Positions 1 to 7,760 of a stretch of 64,000 bases of DNA are shown here, one piece after another (within the stretch, counting starts at the first letter, position 1; each line of letters opens with the position of its first letter). Made by a program: the position numbers and the translations under genes. This DNA is from a virus. Its lineage: Duplodnaviria; Caudoviricetes. Location: IMG/VR virus record IMGVR_UViG_3300020050_016625, positions 70,864 to 134,863 of that record; one strand, given 5' to 3'. Below the pieces are notes generated by a model. It made no database searches and was not told where the DNA came from. It was given only the letters and a program-made list of their open reading frames with translations.

Positions 1-268
1 ATTGAAAGATAGTTATAGTGTTTTATTGAATAAGTTTTTGGAGAGTTACGAAAACATATTTCATATACCACGCTATCCATGTTATTTTTTGCATTATAAG
101 GAATGGATTCAATATACTACATAAGTGTATGGAGTTTATATATAGCGGCAAAAGAATTAAATGCAGACAAATTAGCTTGCTATGAATTAATGAATAATAT
201 AAACCAAAATGTAGGGAATAAGTTCTTTTATTCATTTTTTAACCGTATCAAAACAGATATTTTTACGT

Positions 269-727
269 ATGAATGATATTCAAGTCTTACTAAACAAAAC
301 AAAAAAGGCTGCAAAAAAATACAAGCCTAAACAGGAAGCAAATTGGGTTTCCTATTACGATAAAGAAGGTTATACACATACCTTTGAAGACTTAAATGAT
401 TATACTTACTGCGAAAGTTGTATAGCGGGGGCAATAAGCGATGCCGAAAAAATGGAACTGCCCGATGATTTTGCAGAAATGATTTATCAAACTGAAACAA
501 GTGTAGAAAAAGAAAATTTTCTAACTTGTGAAACGTGTGGCGAAATAATCAGCTGTTCAAGTATCATTACCATGCAAGAAATACAGCATTGGTTAAACTT
601 AGAAAAGTTTGATATTACAGACATTAAAGACTGCTACGAATTACACGTAGTATTACTTGAAGGTAAGCATGAATTTGAAAAGGAATGTAAATTGATAGCA
701 AAGCATATCCTTAGTTTAATAGCATAA
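269..727 (+). CDS. Hypothetical protein with two CxxC motifs
   Basis: CESC and CETC; followed by a terminator. Confidence 0.6.
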   Translation: MNDIQVLLNKTKKAAKKYKPKQEANWVSYYDKEGYTHTFEDLNDYTYCESCIAGAISDAEKMELPDDFAEMIYQTETSVEKENFLTCETCGEIISCSSIITMQEIQHWLNLEKFDITDIKDCYELHVVLLEGKHEFEKECKLIAKHILSLIA

Positions 728-764
728 AATTAGCCCCAAACAAACGCTATTTGGGGCTAATTTT
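726..764 (+). terminator. Intrinsic terminator
   Basis: AAAATTAGCCCCAAA...TTTGGGGCTAATTTT hairpin. Confidence 0.7.
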
Positions 765-902
765 ACTTACAATCTGTGAAAACGCTTATTACTTTTTGTC
801 CTGTTATCTCATATCTGCATATTTCTATGTTTGAATAGATAGGGGTAAATTGCAAGCATTTAATCAAACACATATTTTTAGCTACCATAATAAAAAAACA
901 TA

Positions 903-1355
903 ATGAAATACATTAGATTCAAGTTTTACGGCAAAATATGGAAATACAGGGCTGTATTTGCGGCATTTACTAAAGAGATTTTTAGGGCATACCCTATCTA
1001 TCAAACAGAAAGTGATTGTTTACATGAGGTAGATTTGAATATCCCAAAAAGAGAAGGTGCGTATGTGGTTGTGTTTGGTAGAAATGACAGAAAAATGGTT
1101 TTCTGCATTAATGGCATTTTTTACTATTATACAGCATACACCGAACCGCTTTTTGCAGATATAGAAAAGCCTATAAATCCTATTATAAATGTAAATGACT
1201 GCTATTTGAATATGCAGGGCATAGCAAGGAAGAATTATGAAATACAATTTAAGCGATTAATCGAAGGAAGCCAAAGACTTGTTTATAAAGCAGATTTTAG
1301 ATTAAGATTAATATTTTTCAAAAGAAGGAAAAAACATAAAACTTTAATTAGTTAA
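903..1355 (+). CDS. Hypothetical protein
   Basis: 150 aa ORF with A-rich upstream region. Confidence 0.55.
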   Translation: MKYIRFKFYGKIWKYRAVFAAFTKEIFRAYPIYQTESDCLHEVDLNIPKREGAYVVVFGRNDRKMVFCINGIFYYYTAYTEPLFADIEKPINPIINVNDCYLNMQGIARKNYEIQFKRLIEGSQRLVYKADFRLRLIFFKRRKKHKTLIS

Positions 1356-1365
1356 TTGCGTATAA
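1338..1365 (+). promoter_or_regulatory. ECF-type promoter (AAC-N16-CGT)
   Basis: AAAACT...GCGTATAA. Confidence 0.6.
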
Positions 1366-1384
1366 GTGTAATACAAAGGGCGCA

Positions 1385-1409
1385 ACCGAAAACCCAAAAT
1401 AGAGTAGGT
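1385..1409 (+). ncRNA. Putative bulged-G (loop E) leader hairpin
   Basis: ACC-GAA...AGTA-GGT; four copies in the window. Confidence 0.5.
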
Positions 1410-1432
1410 ATTATTTCAATGTAAAATTTATT

Positions 1433-1765
1433 ATGAATGACTTATTTTACCACCAAGCTACAAAAGTATTATTTTGGGTAGCAGGTTATTGCGGAAATAG
1501 CAATAACGTACAAGAAATTATTAATGAATATAAAAAAGATGCGAAAAAACTCGCAGATTTAGCAGGCATTACGTTTGAAACAATAAAAACCGCAGAAATA
1601 CCAAAATCAAGTAGGTATAAGTACATGAGAGTGTATTATATAGAAGACTTTGATAGCGCAAAAATACAGGATAAAGACGAGCATTATAAAAAAATGGGTA
1701 ATCAATCAGTATTCATGCTTACAAAAGAAAACTTTAAAAGCATGTGGGAGTGGTTAGAAAATTAA
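1433..1765 (+). CDS. Hypothetical protein
   Basis: ORF between ECF promoter and terminator (1770-1805). Confidence 0.65.
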   Translation: MNDLFYHQATKVLFWVAGYCGNSNNVQEIINEYKKDAKKLADLAGITFETIKTAEIPKSSRYKYMRVYYIEDFDSAKIQDKDEHYKKMGNQSVFMLTKENFKSMWEWLEN

Positions 1766-1815
1766 ACCTAAATGCAGCTAAATTTAACCATTTAGCTGCA
1801 TTTTTCACAAAATAC

Positions 1816-1909
1816 CTACATGAATATGTAGTTTCTATATAATTATTTTTTTTATCCAAAATAACCCTATATCTTTGTGCAAGCAATAAGGGAAATAAAT
1901 TCCTTATTC
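1816..1909 (+). promoter_or_regulatory. Palindrome-linked promoter cassette
   Basis: CTACATgaatATGTAG, 38 bp, TATCTTTG, then AATAAGG/CCTTATT hairpin. Confidence 0.8.
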
Positions 1910-1923
1910 AAACAACTAAAACG

Positions 1924-2226
1924 ATGGCAAATTTATCAGATATAAAATGGGTAACATTAAACGTAGTAGCAGGTGATAAAGCTGTGCGTTTCGGTACAAG
2001 AACAAACGCTACCTACAACGGTACTGAAAAATTAAACAACGGTAAAAAAGTTATGAGTAAATCAGGTAGCGCACTTTATGTTTTTAAAGGAGAGACTAAC
2101 GGAACTCCTTACCACTTTGAAAAGTGGATTCATACATGGAATAAAGAAGTTGGACTTACAGACGTTAGCGCAAGTTACAACATGAAGGAAACCGAAATAT
2201 TCGACAACTACACAAAACAAATCTAA
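1924..2226 (+). CDS. Hypothetical protein in its own transcription unit
   Basis: Cassette promoter upstream, terminator 2228-2260 downstream. Confidence 0.7.
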   Translation: MANLSDIKWVTLNVVAGDKAVRFGTRTNATYNGTEKLNNGKKVMSKSGSALYVFKGETNGTPYHFEKWIHTWNKEVGLTDVSASYNMKETEIFDNYTKQI

Positions 2227-2282
2227 CAAAAAAGGCTGCAAACAAAATGCAGCCTTTTTTGTTATTCTATAAAACTTATATT

Positions 2283-3161
2283 ATGATTGATACTACATTG
2301 ATTAACGGTATTTTTATTAAGATATGTAATAAATATCTTAGCACACAAATGGGATTAAGGCTTAAAAATAAGCAGGTAGTGAGTGTAAGTAACATGCGTT
2401 TGCATAAAAACACATGTTTTGACAATACTATCCTTAATATCATTTCGGGTGGTAAATCTTTCAGTGTAAAGAAAAGCACACTTTTAGACGATTCTTTTTT
2501 CAGCACATATAAGGCATTTGAAAAAGAGTTTTTAGGCTTAAAAGCAATTGCTGACGATAAGGCACATGAAATATTCAAGGCTTATCTTGTAGATATAAAA
2601 GCCTGTAATATAGAGATAGCAGAAATTAACATAGGATACTATAATGCTATGTGTAATGATATTTCAGGTTGTAAAGAAGGTTTATTTTTTAATCATTTCT
2701 CAAGTATTTATGAGATTGAATGGCAAGCCCTTTTTCCTATTTTTGGAAAATGTGCGCTTGCACATATTCAAGATATGAGAAATATTGAAGTACATAATTT
2801 ATATGGAGCAATATTTAAAGTGGAATCGTTTAAGCAAAAAATAAGTTCACTTACTTTATTGGACAATGCAGCTGTTATAGATACATGCAATGTGCAGTTA
2901 TATTCAAATAGTCATACTATTGTAGTGAACGCATCTGAATTTTTCTATTATCATACAAATCCTTTTTTCGAAGAATACAGGGCTGCATTAGAAAAAAGCG
3001 ATACTATTATGAGAAAGTATTTTCTTGCATATAATTTCAAAAAGGATAAAATAGAATTAATTAAGTCTATTTATAAAAATAATGAGAAATTAATATGTAT
3101 TGATTTTGAGGCAAAAGTAACAGAACTTATTTACACTAAATTTATTTCATTGTTAGGTTAA
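2283..3161 (+). CDS. Hypothetical protein
   Basis: Long ORF; start moved to the ATG after the terminator. Confidence 0.6.
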   Translation: MIDTTLINGIFIKICNKYLSTQMGLRLKNKQVVSVSNMRLHKNTCFDNTILNIISGGKSFSVKKSTLLDDSFFSTYKAFEKEFLGLKAIADDKAHEIFKAYLVDIKACNIEIAEINIGYYNAMCNDISGCKEGLFFNHFSSIYEIEWQALFPIFGKCALAHIQDMRNIEVHNLYGAIFKVESFKQKISSLTLLDNAAVIDTCNVQLYSNSHTIVVNASEFFYYHTNPFFEEYRAALEKSDTIMRKYFLAYNFKKDKIELIKSIYKNNEKLICIDFEAKVTELIYTKFISLLG

Positions 3162-3177
3162 AAATAAAAACTACATT

Positions 3178-3789
3178 ATGGAAAACGAATTTGATATTGG
3201 ACTCGGCAATATAACTTGTATATTTTCTGAAAAAATGCAAAAGTTAGTAGATTATAGAGATAATTTCAAATATGAAACGCCACATAAAAAGCCATTTTTA
3301 TTTGATTTTACTTATTTTGGGAATCAAGACTGCCCACATGTACTAAATAATGAGGCTTTAGAGATAGTGAAAGATAAGATAGAAAAGTTTGAATCGGTTA
3401 TTATTTTGTTGAAAGTAAATAACAGGAATAAGAGAGGCTTGGATAATTTAATTGAAAGCATTAGCAAAATACTGAATAATAAAAGTGCTGTATTGTTTTT
3501 ATGTAATCCTTTTGATGGCTTACAATCACTGTTTAAAGACATATACAACTTGGATAAAGAAATATCTAATTCAAGTATGGAATATTCAGGCTTAAAGCCA
3601 TATATGTCAAGTATTGATATGAAAAGCCCTTTATACTTAAAGGTTATGAATGATTATAGTTACACAGAAATTGCAAAGATGTTAGATATAACAGTGCCTT
3701 CTGTAAAGAATAAGCTATACTGCCAAAAAAGAAGATTAATAAATCAAATAATTAAAAATAACGATGAAAAAGGTGCAATTAGTGAATAA
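3178..3789 (+). CDS. Protein with C-terminal sigma-70 region 4-like HTH
   Basis: YSYTEIAKMLDITVPSVKNKL. Confidence 0.65.
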   Translation: MENEFDIGLGNITCIFSEKMQKLVDYRDNFKYETPHKKPFLFDFTYFGNQDCPHVLNNEALEIVKDKIEKFESVIILLKVNNRNKRGLDNLIESISKILNNKSAVLFLCNPFDGLQSLFKDIYNLDKEISNSSMEYSGLKPYMSSIDMKSPLYLKVMNDYSYTEIAKMLDITVPSVKNKLYCQKRRLINQIIKNNDEKGAISE

Positions 3790-4099
3790 TACAGATAGTA
3801 CAAACACAAACTATCTACGTTCCCGTTTAGCGCAAATTAGGGCTAAACACAATGATAAGAGAATCATTATTGATAACCTGCATTTTTACAGCATGGGGCG
3901 CAAATATGCAGATATTGAAACGATTACAAACGCTGTGATAAATTTCAATAAACAGGGCAGCTATATTTTCTTTGCATCTATTTCGCCTAATACAGTGCAA
4001 CCTGAAATAGATGATATTAGGGCAAAGGTAGGCGAAATAGTAAACGATGATAGCATGGTTATGCTTGTTATTATCGGTGGCAATAAAGACTTAAAATAA
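3764..4099 (+). CDS. Short protein resembling a DnaB helicase core fragment
   Basis: LRSRLAQIRAKHNDKRIIIDNLHF resembles the DnaB H2 region; no Walker A. Confidence 0.4.
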   Translation: MKKVQLVNNTDSTNTNYLRSRLAQIRAKHNDKRIIIDNLHFYSMGRKYADIETITNAVINFNKQGSYIFFASISPNTVQPEIDDIRAKVGEIVNDDSMVMLVIIGGNKDLK

Positions 4100-4107
4100 C
4101 CACATAT

Positions 4108-4893
4108 ATGCGTAAATGGGAAAACGAAAAGGAGACATACCTAATTGATAATTTTCATAAAAAGCCTATTTCTGAAATAGCAGCCGTAATAAATAAAACA
4201 GATGCAGCAGTAAAAACAAAGGCTTTAAAATTAGGTTTGAAAAAGGATAACAAGCACATTTGGACTGAAAAGGAAATATCCTATTTGAAGGCTAATTATG
4301 AGAATGAGAGAATAGAAGTTTTGTGCAATTATTTAGGTTTAACAATAGGGCAAATTTACCACAAGGCAAATTTTTTAGGCTTAAAAAAATCTAAGGAACT
4401 TATTGCGCAAATGGCAAAGGAAAATATTTCAAGTAGCTTCTTATCTCATTCAAAGAAAAAGGGCGATATACCACATAATAAAGGCGTTCAAATGAGTGCA
4501 GATGTTTATGAGAGAGTAAAGCATACTATGTTTAAAAAGGGTAACAAGCCCCCAAATACAAAGGAAAATGGTTTTCTTTCTACACGCAATAGCAAGGGTT
4601 TTAAAAGTATTTATGTCAGGATAGAACTAAGTAAGTGGATTCCTTTGTCAAGGTATTTATGGGAAAAGGAATACGGCACAATACCAAGTGGGCATGTAGT
4701 TTCATTCATAGATGGAAATTGGCAAAATTGCACACTTGAAAACTTAAAACTATTGTCAAGAGCAGAAAACATGGAAAGAAATTCTTTTCATAGATACCCA
4801 AAAGAGATTCGTAATTTAATATCATTAAGGGCTGTAATAAGCCGTAAAATCAATAAATTTTCAAAATGGAAAACAAAATCAGCGCAACAATAG
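4108..4893 (+). CDS. HNH endonuclease-like protein with N-terminal Myb-like repeats
   Basis: WTEKEISYLK-type repeats; IPSGHVVSFIDGNWQNCTLENLKLLSRAENM. Confidence 0.75.
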   Translation: MRKWENEKETYLIDNFHKKPISEIAAVINKTDAAVKTKALKLGLKKDNKHIWTEKEISYLKANYENERIEVLCNYLGLTIGQIYHKANFLGLKKSKELIAQMAKENISSSFLSHSKKKGDIPHNKGVQMSADVYERVKHTMFKKGNKPPNTKENGFLSTRNSKGFKSIYVRIELSKWIPLSRYLWEKEYGTIPSGHVVSFIDGNWQNCTLENLKLLSRAENMERNSFHRYPKEIRNLISLRAVISRKINKFSKWKTKSAQQ

Positions 4894-5165
4894 GAATTGA
4901 TGCCGTTCTTTCACAAATGATGCAAACGATTCAGTCGTTAAATAATCTTGAGCCACAAGATGTAAAGCCAGAAGTCTTGCAATCGGAGGTAGAAAAAGCC
5001 AAAACGCTAAATTCTCTTTATGCTACATACGCAAATTTCGCTATTGCGGAAGTGAAATTTCACGACTTGTGTCTGAAAAGAGATGAACTTGTTTCAAAAG
5101 GCGATTTTATAGAACAAATAGCTAAACGGAAAATTCAAAGCAACTTTTTCAAAAGTTTGGAATAA
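4866..5165 (+). CDS. Hypothetical helical protein
   Basis: Overlaps the end of the HNH gene. Confidence 0.6.
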   Translation: MENKISATIGIDAVLSQMMQTIQSLNNLEPQDVKPEVLQSEVEKAKTLNSLYATYANFAIAEVKFHDLCLKRDELVSKGDFIEQIAKRKIQSNFFKSLE

Positions 5166-5179
5166 TTTTCATTTATCAC

Positions 5180-5209
5180 AACCTTTTGCGATTAAATACG
5201 TAAAAGGTT
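5180..5209 (+). promoter_or_regulatory. ECF-type promoter embedded in a palindrome
   Basis: AACCTTTT...ACGTAAAAGGTT, AAC-N16-CGT. Confidence 0.6.
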
Positions 5210-5236
5210 GTATAATTATTAATCAAATTTTATTTT

Positions 5237-5929
5237 ATGGCAAAGACAATTCAAGACTATGTCGCATGTGGCGATATACGTAGCGCAATTAATGCACTAC
5301 CCGATAGTTTAAGTAGCGAGAAAATCATAATTTATGCCCGATTTTCTGAATTAGAAAAAAGTGTACGCATGGGCGTTATTAGTGATTCTAATGAGAAAAT
5401 GGAACGTAATAAGATTGCGTATGCTGTTTTATCTTACGGCAAAGATGCAAGTTTAGTTAGCGAAGACTACACGCCCGAAAAACCACAGGAAAAAGAAGCT
5501 ATCAAAACGCAAACCTTAATGAATATCATTAAAGAAAACAGAAGGCGTAGGGCTGAATACTGTTACAGGATAGAAACATTTCTTACAGATTATCAAGAGT
5601 ACACAAAAAACAAGGCTACCATGCCCACATTTGACCCTGCTGGGCGTAGATATAAGGCATTATTAACAACTTACAATGCTTTACTTGCGGAATTAGAGGA
5701 GAAAAAAGACGATGATTTAGAGGCTATTTTGGCAAAGGTAGATAGTTTACTTATTGCGGTTTGTCCTGAATATGAGCATTTGGAGGAGGCTTATAAATTG
5801 GTTTGCGGTCGTGGCTTTGTAGATAAGTGGATTGAGGCGCAACTGCAAAACAAAACAGATGATAAGGAAATACGTTATACTATTACAGAAAGAATAGAAG
5901 CGTATGCAGCAAGCATTAGAAAAGTGTAA
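5237..5929 (+). CDS. EAD11 (effector-associated domain 11)-containing protein
   Basis: GDIRSAINAL...IIIYARFSELEKSVRMGVISDSNEKMERNKIAYAVL matches the EAD11 pattern. Confidence 0.65.
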   Translation: MAKTIQDYVACGDIRSAINALPDSLSSEKIIIYARFSELEKSVRMGVISDSNEKMERNKIAYAVLSYGKDASLVSEDYTPEKPQEKEAIKTQTLMNIIKENRRRRAEYCYRIETFLTDYQEYTKNKATMPTFDPAGRRYKALLTTYNALLAELEEKKDDDLEAILAKVDSLLIAVCPEYEHLEEAYKLVCGRGFVDKWIEAQLQNKTDDKEIRYTITERIEAYAASIRKV

Positions 5930-5948
5930 TTTATTTCTCACTAAGTAC

Positions 5949-5978
5949 AACCTTTTATGCTACTATGCGTAAAAGGTT
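5949..5978 (+). promoter_or_regulatory. ECF-type promoter embedded in a palindrome
   Basis: AACCTTTT...GCGTAAAAGGTT. Confidence 0.6.
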
Positions 5979-6022
5979 ATATAATTTACAATCCAATACC
6001 GCCAAATAACAAACATTTACAC

Positions 6023-6388
6023 ATGCTAAAAGTTATCAAATGTAAAAACTATGCAAAGATATATGAAAATCTAATTGCCATATTTGAGGCTAATAAAGCG
6101 TTAGGCGATAATAAAAAGTTTTTCTTTGCAAACACTACCTTATTTGATAAAAGCGAAATTACGCCATTATCGAAGGTTGTCGCTAACATAAATGAGAGAT
6201 GTATAGAAAACTCAATTTATGTACACCAAGTAGAATGGGAAGGTAGTAGCAAATTTGTAGATTTTCAAAACAAACTTATTGCTATCCTTGAACCAAACTG
6301 CGATGTAATATTACTCACTCTATCAAATTCAAAAAAGTTTGATGCTTACGTAGAAAACGCCTATTTGTATTTAAACAATCCTACTTAG
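6023..6388 (+). CDS. Possible degenerate fragment of the TerL ATPase domain
   Basis: IYVHQVEWEGSSKFVDFQNKL...CDVILLTLSN...YLYLN aligns with TerL FWIEEATDGGITFDDIKQL...CDSRIIFTYN...YFWLN. Confidence 0.4.
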   Translation: MLKVIKCKNYAKIYENLIAIFEANKALGDNKKFFFANTTLFDKSEITPLSKVVANINERCIENSIYVHQVEWEGSSKFVDFQNKLIAILEPNCDVILLTLSNSKKFDAYVENAYLYLNNPT

Positions 6389-6456
6389 TAAGTCGTTATA
6401 AATACAAATGAAAAAAAATATTTTCACTTTTATTTGGTGGTTTGATAAATGTTACA

Positions 6457-6565
6457 TACCTTTGTGCATTGTCTCCCCAAAGCAGTAAATAAGGACTAAC
6501 GCCTTCGGGCTTTTTTCATATAGGTAGTTACAAATCTTGGGGGAGACTTTGTAACTACTTTTTTT
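6457..6565 (+). promoter_or_regulatory. Promoter plus attenuator-like leader
   Basis: TACCTTTG; GTCTCCCCAA is complementary to the loop of the terminator GTAGTTACAAA/TTTGTAACTAC. Confidence 0.6.
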
Positions 6566-7366
6566 ATGCAGCAAACGCAAATCAACATAAACGGCAAATT
6601 ATATAACTCATGCTTTGAAAAAGGCGAGTTACGTAGTTTGGCGTTTTTTGTTTGTTTATCCGATTTGTTTACGCATAAAGTGTTTACTTCAAATGATATT
6701 GACTTAATCGCAGATAAATTAGGTAAGTCAAAACAAACTATTTACAGGCTTATTGATAAATGTAGAAAATTAGGCTTAATTTCGTATGATTGTGCAAAAT
6801 ACGCACTCATGGCTAATTATAGTATTCATACAAAATTTGGCGGCAAATATACATTTTCATGCTATGTAAATAGAAATGTTTTAGACAATGGCTTTATAGC
6901 TGTTTATAATTTTCTGCGTACTATACCGATAATCTCAAATATTCGTAACCAAGTAAAAAGGATTAAGAAAAAGCAAGATTTAACTTACAAAATGGCACAA
7001 TCGCAAAAAGATACTTATCTTAGCTACAAAGATGCTAAGGCTGTGAACAATGCGAAAAAACAAGGTTTTGACTTTAAATTTAATCCAAGTACAACGTTAT
7101 CAATTTTGAAGGGTAGTGAAATAGCTAATATCTCAAAACCTACTTTTTGCTTCTTAAAAAGAGAACTTGTTAAATTGAATATCTGTAACATCAAAAGAAT
7201 TTACGAAACTGTTTTAGAGAATATCTCTTTTGATAAATACATTTACATAATGAGTAAAGGAGAAGCTATTTTTGAATCTATGAATATCCCTTGTTATGCG
7301 AAATATGATAATGTAAAACAAGCTATTTATATTGACAAAGCAAGTGAGTTTATTTTACTTATATAG
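6566..7366 (+). CDS. HTH DNA-binding protein, possible replication initiator
   Basis: IADKLGKSKQTIYRLIDKCRKLGLI winged HTH; basic protein. Confidence 0.5.
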   Translation: MQQTQININGKLYNSCFEKGELRSLAFFVCLSDLFTHKVFTSNDIDLIADKLGKSKQTIYRLIDKCRKLGLISYDCAKYALMANYSIHTKFGGKYTFSCYVNRNVLDNGFIAVYNFLRTIPIISNIRNQVKRIKKKQDLTYKMAQSQKDTYLSYKDAKAVNNAKKQGFDFKFNPSTTLSILKGSEIANISKPTFCFLKRELVKLNICNIKRIYETVLENISFDKYIYIMSKGEAIFESMNIPCYAKYDNVKQAIYIDKASEFILLI

Positions 7367-7503
7367 TTATATACACTATAACACAATATAATATTTTGGC
7401 ATAAGTGCCATAGAAGTATCAAAAAAATGAGAATGATAAGAAAGTGTTTAAATTAAACATTTAGGGATAGCTATGTGTTATTATAAAAAAAACACCAAAG
7501 AAT

Positions 7504-7531
7504 GAAACCTTATTTATTCACAGCCGTATAA
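7504..7531 (+). promoter_or_regulatory. ECF-type promoter
   Basis: GAAACC...CCGTATAA, AAC-N16-CGT. Confidence 0.55.
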
Positions 7532-7582
7532 TAGGCATGAATAAGAAACAATTTACAGAGCATCTCAATATTTTCCATTTAG

Positions 7583-7708
7583 GATAGTGCAAGGGAAGCA
7601 GCACTATCTTTGGGATTAAAGAAATACAGAATATTAGTAGTATCTAAAACGGAAAATGTAGGGAAATTATTTTGTGGTGGTTTTATATGGAAAAGACTAC
7701 CAAAGTAA
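7583..7708 (+). pseudogene. NUMOD1-like remnant
   Basis: DSAREAALSLGLKKYRI...GGFIWKR preceded by an in-frame TAG, no start codon. Confidence 0.45.
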
Positions 7709-7760
7709 GCGTAAAAAGCCTTAAATCTAAACAATTTAGGGCTTTTTTGGTTATTTATAT

